NCBI GenBank assembly: GCA_046542255.1
Contig: JBKHBT010000007.1
Span: forward strand, 4,830-68,829
From: Candidatus Zixiibacteriota bacterium
Lineage (GTDB): Bacteria > UBP14 > UBA6098 > JBKHBT01
Direction of reading: 5' to 3'
DNA: 64,000 bases
Shown here one piece after another: positions 52,526 to 61,100 of this stretch. The notes under the pieces are model-generated. The model made no database searches. It was given only the letters and a program-made list of their open reading frames with translations, and was not told the DNA's origin. Each line of letters begins with the position of its first letter. Position 1 is the first letter of the stretch. The translations under genes and the position numbers were made by a program.

Positions 52526-53263
52526 ATGCGCATTAGAACTTTTGATATAGGGCATAGCCGAATAAAGTCGGCGATATTTTCTAATGGCCAGGTCACAGAG
52601 AACCATTCTGCTGAAATATCGGATTATACAGAATTTATCAATGATATCGATATTTCTTCTGATGATGGAATAGCTTTTTGTTCAACCGATAGTAGGGTAT
52701 CGGAATATCTGCTCGACAAATTAAAAAGCAATAAAATCTTTACAATGGATTACAAGAGCTTTCCAATGGCTAACCACTATAAAACTCCAAAAACGCTCGG
52801 CCCGGACAGGATGGCGCTGGCATATGCCGCATATTGCCTCTTTGAAGATAAAAAGTTTGATAAAATAATTATCATAGATGCTGGCACAGCGATTACATGT
52901 GATGTAATAGATATGAATGAAAAGGCATACTTAGGTGGAATGATTTTACTCGGAAAAACAAAAATGAAGCGATGCCTATTTGAAAACGCCCCAAATTTAA
53001 AATCAGAATTAGAAAAAGAGAGCATAGATTTTCCCGCCCAAAACACTAAAAACTGTATCAGCTTGGGCATTCAGCTTCAAACAGATTTTATAATCGATAC
53101 TTTAATCAATGATTATTGCAGAAAGAATAAAGGGCAAAATATTAAGATTACAGCAACTGGCGGAGACTTAAATGCTCTCAATAAAAAATACGATTCAGAA
53201 AAAAACTTGATTCATTACGGTTTAGCTAAAGCCTTTCTGCATAAGATAATGGGAGAAAAATGA
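52526..53263 (+). CDS. coaX: Type III pantothenate kinase
   Basis: N-terminal DIGHSRIK region, IIIDAGTAITCDVI and ITATGGD blocks match CoaX. Confidence 0.7.
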   Translation: MRIRTFDIGHSRIKSAIFSNGQVTENHSAEISDYTEFINDIDISSDDGIAFCSTDSRVSEYLLDKLKSNKIFTMDYKSFPMANHYKTPKTLGPDRMALAYAAYCLFEDKKFDKIIIIDAGTAITCDVIDMNEKAYLGGMILLGKTKMKRCLFENAPNLKSELEKESIDFPAQNTKNCISLGIQLQTDFIIDTLINDYCRKNKGQNIKITATGGDLNALNKKYDSEKNLIHYGLAKAFLHKIMGEK

Positions 53264-54432
53264 GAGACCTACCACAACTATTCGAATACACTGGTGCAAT
53301 TCATATACACACAACCGACTCTGATGGTACGCAAGGTCATGAAAAAATAATTGAACTTGGCCAAAAATATAATTTAGACTTTTTGATGTTCAGCGATCAT
53401 AATACTTTGAAAAGTCTCCACAAAGAAGGCCGCTACGGCCGTCTGATGGCAATAATAGGCTATGAGATTAATGATTCAAACAATAATAATCATTTCCTCG
53501 CTTTTGGCCTGAAGCGAACTTTGGATGAAGGGTTACCGCCAAAGAGCTATGTGTCTCAAGTAAGGCGCAAAAGAGGCTTGGGTATTATCGCTCATCCCGA
53601 TGAGGTGAGAGAGCATCCCAAATATCCCTCCTATCCTTGGACAGATTGGTCGGTTAGAGGATTCCATGGAATAGAAATTTGGAATCATATGTCGGCCTGG
53701 ATGGAAAATGCGAGTACTGGCAATATTTTGAAGTTTCTGGTGAAACCGCGAAGCAGTATTACTGCCCCTACGAGAGAGATATTAGACAAATGGGACGACT
53801 TGGCGCAGAAGAGAAAAGTTCTGGGTATTGGTGCAATCGATGTCCATGCAATACCATATGGTTTTGGCCCTTTCAAGATTACTGTATTTCCATATAAAGT
53901 CCAATTACAGTCGATAAGGACACATGTGCTTTTGCGCGAACCTTTGCCCAAGGATTTCCGCGACGCAAAAAATGTGCTTTTGAATTCTCTGAAAAGGTGT
54001 AATGCTTTCTTTTCAAATTATAGATGGGGTAGCGCTCTCGGTTTTAGGTTCTGGGCTGAAAACCAGAATCGTTTTGTCTCTGTTGGCGAAAGAATAGAAG
54101 CCGATCGAAGACTGAATTTTTACGTGAAAAGCCCGCTTCCAGCAGATATACATCTATATCATAATGGCGAAAAGGTGATCCAATCTCATGGGAAAGAAGT
54201 AGTTTTCCGCCTGACAAGGCCTGGAGTGGTGCGTGCCGAGCTTTATCGCAAAGGCAAGGGCTGGATTTTTACCAATCATATTTATGTTACTAAGCCCCGC
54301 AAACCAAAGAGAAAACAGACAAATAATATGGCTGGAAAGAAATCATCAAAAAATAGAAAATTCAGAAGCAAACCTCTTAAAAAATCCAATAGAAAAAGCG
54401 AAAACTATAAACGCAAAAGCAATAAAAATTAG
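53260..54432 (+). CDS. PHP-domain metal-dependent phosphoesterase with Lys-rich C-terminal tail
   Basis: HIHTTDSDGT...FSDHNT PHP motifs. C-terminal KPRKPKRKQT...KKSSKNRKFRSKPLKKSNRKSENYKRKSNKN. Confidence 0.6.
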   Translation: MRDLPQLFEYTGAIHIHTTDSDGTQGHEKIIELGQKYNLDFLMFSDHNTLKSLHKEGRYGRLMAIIGYEINDSNNNNHFLAFGLKRTLDEGLPPKSYVSQVRRKRGLGIIAHPDEVREHPKYPSYPWTDWSVRGFHGIEIWNHMSAWMENASTGNILKFLVKPRSSITAPTREILDKWDDLAQKRKVLGIGAIDVHAIPYGFGPFKITVFPYKVQLQSIRTHVLLREPLPKDFRDAKNVLLNSLKRCNAFFSNYRWGSALGFRFWAENQNRFVSVGERIEADRRLNFYVKSPLPADIHLYHNGEKVIQSHGKEVVFRLTRPGVVRAELYRKGKGWIFTNHIYVTKPRKPKRKQTNNMAGKKSSKNRKFRSKPLKKSNRKSENYKRKSNKN

Positions 54433-54442
54433 AAATAGCTAG

Positions 54443-57400
54443 ATGTATCTATCAAGGCTGGAAATTTTTGGCTTCAAGTCCTTCGGCAGACGTGTGAAGA
54501 TAGATTTTCACAAGGGAGTTTCTGCAATTATCGGACCCAATGGAACCGGCAAGACCAATATCGTCGATGCTGTCCGCTGGGTGATTGGCGAGAGGAAGAT
54601 AAAGCTATTGCGTGGTGGCACACTAGATGATGTCATTTTCAAAGGTACAAAGACCAAGAAAGCTTTGAATATGGCAGAGGTCACTATAACGTTTAGCGAA
54701 TGTAAAGGGCTATTAAGCTTCGATCCTGCCGCAAATCAGCTCACTATTACCCGTAGAGCATTTCGAGATGGCAATTCTGAGTTTTTCATGAATGGCCAAC
54801 CTGTCAGGATGAAAGATGTTCGCCAGACACTTCTGGATCTCAGTGTCTCTTCTGGCGTATATTCTATAATCGAACAGAAAATGATGGCAGAAATTCTCGA
54901 TGATGACCAGGATAATCGAAGGATGCTTTTTGAAGAGGCGGCCGATATTCTCAAATTCAAATCCGATAGAAAAGCCACAGAAAAGAAACTCGATGGTGCA
55001 CTAGAGGAGATGAATAGGATAGAGGATGTTTATTCAGAAGTCAAAAAGCAAGTTTCCAGCCTAAAGCGACAGGCAAATAAAGCAAAGAAATATAATGAAC
55101 TAAAAAATCAGATTAATCAGCTAAGCGAAGAAATAGCCAAAAGCCGGCTTGCCAATCTTACCAGCGAAAATGAAGCAGTTTCAAAACGCATACAGATTTA
55201 CCAAAAAGATGAAGCTGAACTTCGAAAGAAAAAAGTTGACCTGCAGACAAAGCAAACACAGTACCGTGAAAATCTTAATACAATGACAAAAGAAAGAGAA
55301 GAGAAGGCAAGGAAACTCAATCTCTTGACTGCTGAAATCGGTAAAATCGAAAAAAATATCGCAGTTTGGCAGGAAAAACAAAAGCATGCTCGTTATGAAA
55401 TCGATAATCAAAAAAACATTGCACAAAATAGCAAAGAAAAGCTCGGCGAATTGCAATTCGATGAAGAAGAGCTGGAAGATAATATAGAAAAAGCCAGGAA
55501 GAAAATTCCTGAAATCAAAAAACAGATCGAGTCGATTCAGAAAGAGTCATCCGGCATGGTTAAGGCTCTTATGCAGTTTAAGAACAAGCAAAGCCAGCTC
55601 AAGAAAAAGAAAGAAGAAATCGAACGGAAGAACTGGCAGCAGCTTCAAAAGCTCAAACAATTAGAAGATAATCTTAAGCAAAATCAGGAAAAGCTATCCG
55701 AATTAAATTCTAAAAATAAAAAATTGCAATCTGATTTGGATGATAGGGTACAATCTCTGAAGATATCTCAGATAGAAAATAAAAAGGCAAATACAGAATA
55801 CGAGCAAACGTCAGAGAAACTAGAAAAGTTGAAAGAATCTTCGACAGAGATGAATGACATGCTCGGAAAATTAATAAAAAGCCAAAATAAGCTGCAAGGC
55901 AGAATCAGCCAGATATCTGGAGAACTCGAAGGACTAGAATCTACTGGAGATATTGCAAGAGATGCCTTATTAAAAAAGAAAGATGATTTTGGTATCAAGG
56001 GAATTCTGGCGGACTTTCTTCTTCCCGAAGACCAGAAGATAGCCCAGGCAATGGAATTGTATCTTGGAGAACAGGCTGGATACCTTGTTTGTAATGATGC
56101 CAAAAATGCCAGAGAAGCTCTCGATTTTCTTTATGAAAATAAATATGGAACAGCGGGCTTTTTTATTATCGGCCAACTCGATAATATCAAAAAGAACATC
56201 TCTAGAAAACCGGGTATTCTCTATGACAAAGTAAAATGTAAACTGCCTCAACTCGAGGTTTTGCTTTACGATACCTACTATCAGAGATTTTCTGATTTAT
56301 CCGATAATGGTTTGCAAATCACCGGACATATTATTTCGAAAGAAGGTGTGCTTTATGGTGGCTATACTGAAAGAGGACTTGTTACCAAAACTCTGAGAAT
56401 TCGTGAACTTACAAAATCACTTGAAGATAAAAAGAAGAAACTTCAGGAAAATAAAGACACAGAAGAAAAGCTTAGAAAAAACATTAAGCAAAATAAGATA
56501 GATCGTGAAAAGACAGGAATCGAGCTGAAGGTTCTGGAGAAAAAACTTCACAATGATAATATTGAGATTGGTAATAAAAAAATCGAGGTCGAGAGAGTAA
56601 AGCAAAATATCGATTCAGTCGATCAAAGCAGTGTCTCTTTAAATAATCAAATATCGCAAATCGTTGAGAAGATCGAAGAATTCGATATCGATGAAAAAAA
56701 TGTCGATGATATCGATAAAGAAATCGATAGGCTGGATAATATTATATCCGAGAAAAGCAGGACTCAAAGAGAAAAAGAACAAACCCAACAGAATAAAAAT
56801 CTTGAAAAGGTTCGTCTCACAGAAAATATCAAAAGAATGGAGTCTGATTTATCGAGAATAGCGATGTCGATTTCTGAACAGCGCAAATTAATTGAAAAGG
56901 CAGAAGAAGGCCAAGCAGAAGCAATAGAAGTCAATAGAGAATCCGAGAAAAAGATTTCAGAATTCAAAGAAAGTCTTCAGGATGCATATCATAAAAAAAC
57001 CAGCAATGAGGACAATCTTAATGAAGTTTCTGCTGGAGAACAAAGACTCAATCAATTGATTGAAGAAAATATCAAAAAAGAACGCGATGTATCCAATCGG
57101 CTCGAAAATATCGAAGAGCAAATTCATCAACTTAGAACAAAAAGCGCCAGACTCGAATCGGATATAGACAATATCTATGAAAATAATCATCAATTAAAAG
57201 ATATCGATCTTCAGAATGTCGAGATACTCGATGATGAAGCCATAAGTGGCAAATTAGAGATTCGTGCCAAACATCAAAAGAAAATTGAAGAATTAGCTCC
57301 AATTAATTTTGAAGCAGAAGACGAATATCAAGCTGCCAAAGAACGATTTGAGTTTTTCAAAAAACAAAAAGATGATGTCGATGAAAGTATTAGAATTCTC

Positions 57401-57943
57401 AAAAAATCTATCAAAGAACTGAATAATAGGGCGCGAAAGATGTTCATGGAGACATTCGAGGTTGCGAGGGAGAATTTTAAGAGGCTTTTTGTCGAACTTT
57501 TTGGAGGCGGTTTTGCCGATGCCATTCTCGTTGATAAAGATGGCAATACAGAGAATATAGATGTTTTGGAAGCCGAGATTAAACTTCTGACTCAGCCACC
57601 CGAGAAGAAATTGCTTGCTATTACACAATTATCTTTAGGAGAAAAATCTCTTGCAGCGATAGCATTATTATTTGGCCTTTATTTGCAAAGGCCCAGTCCT
57701 TTTTGCCTTCTCGATGAGGTGGATGCGCCGCTCGATGACTCGAATCTTGGCCGCTATCTAAACAAAATTAGGCAATTTGAAACCAATACACAATTTATTT
57801 TGATAACTCACAATAAAAGAACTATGCAAACCGTTGATTATCTATATGGAACTTCTATGGAAGATGGAGTAACTCAAATATTTTCTGCGAAAATGGATGA
57901 ATTGACAGAAAAATACGAACGTTCACCGGGGCAAGCACAATAA
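54443..57943 (+). CDS. smc: Chromosome segregation protein SMC
   Basis: N-terminal Walker A GPNGTGKTNIVDA, long coiled coils with hinge, C-terminal LSGGEK...LDEVDAPLD. Confidence 0.9.
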   Translation: MYLSRLEIFGFKSFGRRVKIDFHKGVSAIIGPNGTGKTNIVDAVRWVIGERKIKLLRGGTLDDVIFKGTKTKKALNMAEVTITFSECKGLLSFDPAANQLTITRRAFRDGNSEFFMNGQPVRMKDVRQTLLDLSVSSGVYSIIEQKMMAEILDDDQDNRRMLFEEAADILKFKSDRKATEKKLDGALEEMNRIEDVYSEVKKQVSSLKRQANKAKKYNELKNQINQLSEEIAKSRLANLTSENEAVSKRIQIYQKDEAELRKKKVDLQTKQTQYRENLNTMTKEREEKARKLNLLTAEIGKIEKNIAVWQEKQKHARYEIDNQKNIAQNSKEKLGELQFDEEELEDNIEKARKKIPEIKKQIESIQKESSGMVKALMQFKNKQSQLKKKKEEIERKNWQQLQKLKQLEDNLKQNQEKLSELNSKNKKLQSDLDDRVQSLKISQIENKKANTEYEQTSEKLEKLKESSTEMNDMLGKLIKSQNKLQGRISQISGELEGLESTGDIARDALLKKKDDFGIKGILADFLLPEDQKIAQAMELYLGEQAGYLVCNDAKNAREALDFLYENKYGTAGFFIIGQLDNIKKNISRKPGILYDKVKCKLPQLEVLLYDTYYQRFSDLSDNGLQITGHIISKEGVLYGGYTERGLVTKTLRIRELTKSLEDKKKKLQENKDTEEKLRKNIKQNKIDREKTGIELKVLEKKLHNDNIEIGNKKIEVERVKQNIDSVDQSSVSLNNQISQIVEKIEEFDIDEKNVDDIDKEIDRLDNIISEKSRTQREKEQTQQNKNLEKVRLTENIKRMESDLSRIAMSISEQRKLIEKAEEGQAEAIEVNRESEKKISEFKESLQDAYHKKTSNEDNLNEVSAGEQRLNQLIEENIKKERDVSNRLENIEEQIHQLRTKSARLESDIDNIYENNHQLKDIDLQNVEILDDEAISGKLEIRAKHQKKIEELAPINFEAEDEYQAAKERFEFFKKQKDDVDESIRILKKSIKELNNRARKMFMETFEVARENFKRLFVELFGGGFADAILVDKDGNTENIDVLEAEIKLLTQPPEKKLLAITQLSLGEKSLAAIALLFGLYLQRPSPFCLLDEVDAPLDDSNLGRYLNKIRQFETNTQFILITHNKRTMQTVDYLYGTSMEDGVTQIFSAKMDELTEKYERSPGQAQ

Positions 57944-58029
57944 GAATCCTGTAAATACCCCCTAACTTAATAAAATAAACACTTATGCCGTTTTTTTTAC
58001 TATTTTTTGATTAAAGGCCTTGAAAGTAC

Positions 58030-58058
58030 TTGACATCTGTACCATTATAAAATATTAT
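58030..58058 (+). promoter_or_regulatory. Candidate sigma70-type promoter for the giant surface protein gene
   Basis: TTGACA, 17 nt spacer, TATTAT. Located about 70 nt upstream of the GGAGG RBS and ATG 58129. Confidence 0.35.
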
Positions 58059-58128
58059 TTTATATGAAGATATTGTATGTATATTTTCGGAAGAAAATAA
58101 AATTGAAATGATTCTTAATGGAGGAATA

Positions 58129-61100
58129 ATGAATAAAAAGAACTATTTTGTTTTAATCGCTTTGTTTTTTATTATAAGTTCTGCCTTTGCACAGGCGGAC
58201 TGGTATCTAAGTGTTTTCGATGCTTTTTATGATATTGAAGCACGGGTTGATACAACATTTGGAACCTTTGCAATTGGGACTCATGCAGAAGGCATCAATC
58301 TTACATATCAGTACGATAGAATAACAGCGCCTTATTATTTTGGTGCCTCGAATAGCTTCATGGTTTACATTGGCGGTTCTATTTACAGAAGCGGAGTTGC
58401 AACGGGTGGAACAGAAGGGGTTACAGTTATTGATGAGTATTTTCTTGGCAATTATATTGAAGACAATACAATAATCAGTCGTTGGGAAATACCTGCTACG
58501 GGCGGCTCTTATATGATTTATCAACGCCTTTCTCCTTCGGCAAGGCCTGCTGACGATACTACACTTGGAATGATAAAAATCGAATACGAAGTTGATAATA
58601 GGACTTTATTCGAAACACCAATCGGACTAAAATTATTAATTAATCCAAAACTCGATGGCATAGATAATACTCCGGTAGCCGTAGGCCCTTATTATACAGA
58701 TGTAGGAGTATTTTTTGAAGATGCTATTCGTAATGAATGGCAGGCTTTTCAAAGGGGCATCGAAGACAGTTCTGATCAATTGATTGCCCGCGGGGATCTT
58801 GGTGAAGATAAGCCCGATCAATTAGGTTTGGGCCAATGGGTTTTACCTGGCGTTGATTACTATGGTTTGGCAGAAAGGCTATGGGCTGAAGGTACTCCAC
58901 CGGATTGGGAAGGCGAAACTTATTCTGATTGTGGTGCTATGTACCGCTGGAATGCTAGCCCCGTAGGTCCAGGCGACAGACAACAATTTGTAACATATTA
59001 CGGATTTGGAAAACCAATGCCACCAGATACTAATTGGGCCTCTTTATCTGGATTTCCAACTTTTGCATCGGCTGCAGGTTGCTCTCTGTTGCAGATTGTC
59101 GATTTAGATGCATTTATAACAAATATAACTCTAATTGCTGATTCTGCTGAGAGTACTATAGTTTGCATGGAACTTCCAGCATCTGGCGGCCTAATGTATG
59201 AAGGGCCAAGATGCGACACTATTGGTACTTTATATGCCCTTGAAACGGGCCCAATAGATCTTCAATTCAGAATTCCCGATGGGTACTCCGCATTTGAGAC
59301 TCAAAGAGACACGATTTTGATTAATGTTACAACTGTAAACCCAGTTTTTGCAGATATCACATGGGAAAAGGTATTTACCACACCTTACATGAACTCGATG
59401 CCTCCTACTGTGGAATTTATAGATACTACCTTATATGAATTTATTAATTGTTCAACTTTTGTGTCTTTTTATTCAGAGGATGAAGATACCGGTGTTTACC
59501 ATGAGCAGACCAGGATAGTATTATTTACATCGGATACAGTCTATAGCTTGAATCCATATTCTGGTATTTTTAATGAATCGAACGATACGACTTATATTGG
59601 AATAGATGATACTCTGATAACACTTGAGGATGATACACTTCTATTATCTGGTATGGTCGATGTATGCATAACTCGATTGGTAGATTACCTTGGCTGTCGA
59701 ATACCTGACACTATATGCACAAATCTGACCTTTGATGATGAACCTCCATATGTAGAAACGATTTCTCCGTCACCAGGAAGCAATGTTTCAGACTGCTCAC
59801 AAATAATAGAAATTGCAGTTGCAGATCTTTATTCGGGCATAGAGCCTTCTACGGCAACTTTATCAATATCTGGAGTTGCTTCATATAATATTGGTTCACC
59901 AGAATTGGCCTATTCAGGTGGTTCTACTGGGATGTTTACTTTTACTCCATCCACTCCTTTCGAATCTGGAACAGAACTTGAAATATGCTTAACCAACCTA
60001 GCCGATCTTGTACCAGATGATATTTGTTCTCCCAATGTCATGGAAGATACTTGCTGGACCTACTGGGTCGATTGTGAACCTCCAGGCGATATTTCAATCC
60101 TTAGGCCTCGCAATGGTGAATACATTGCTTGTGAAACATTAGATTCTCTCATTATGATAGTAAACGATGCTTCTGGAATTCTTTTGGACTCACTTATTTT
60201 CGATATAGATGGCACTATCTATGATGGCTCGATGGCAGATCTATTATTGGGCGAGGAAACTTTCCATTACGATACTGTTGTTTTGTCCGATGTAATTGCT
60301 CTAACAGAAGGCTATCACACCATTTCTGTCTATAATTTCTATGACTCGCTTTATAATTTTTCAGGCACGATAGAAAATGTTAGTTTTTGGGTTGATTTTA
60401 CTTCACCTGAAGTAGGAACCCCAATCCCTCCCGATGGTGCTTCTATTGGTCTTCCGGTTACGTGTGATTTACCGCTTCGCGATGAACTGAGCGGCATCGA
60501 TACAACAAGTATAATACTTACGGCTGAAGGTATGCCGCTGGCATGGCGTGGAGATTATTTTTGGTCTTCAGATACAATAAGAATTAGCACTTCGCCCCCT
60601 GGTGTAGGTGATGGTGATACAATAACTCTTTGCCTAAATAATGCTTATGACCAGGCAATGTATTGTGATGGAGCAAATGCAATTGAAGATTCTATATGTT
60701 GGGAATATTATGTTGACGCTTTATGTCCGGCGCACAACCTTCTTACTATTGATGATGGAGACCACTTATCCTGTTGTGGAACTATACCAATTAGCATCGA
60801 ATTCTTTGACTCATCGGGTATCGATCCTGCATCAATAATGGTAGAAGCCAATGGCGTTCCTGTTTCTGGAGTTTGGGAACCATCTGACCCCGGAACTAAT
60901 GCCGAATATCAATTCCCTCTTTATGGCACCGATTACAGCGATACAAGCTGCTTGGAAGTAGATATCCAGGTGTCTTCAATTTCAGATGATTTAGGCAATG
61001 CATGCGCTGGTTCCACATGGACGGTGATTATGGATTGTGAATCACCAGAGATGATTTCAAATTGGCCATCCGGCTATGTCCCCCATGATGATGCATGGAT

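Noticed and set aside
52465-52536. 23-codon ORF (MSLLMKHILEKIITIPKYQINAH) between the mfd promoter-like element and coaX
   Set aside because: AAGGAGG lies 17 nt upstream, which is too far. The ORF runs into the coaX start and has no distinctive features.
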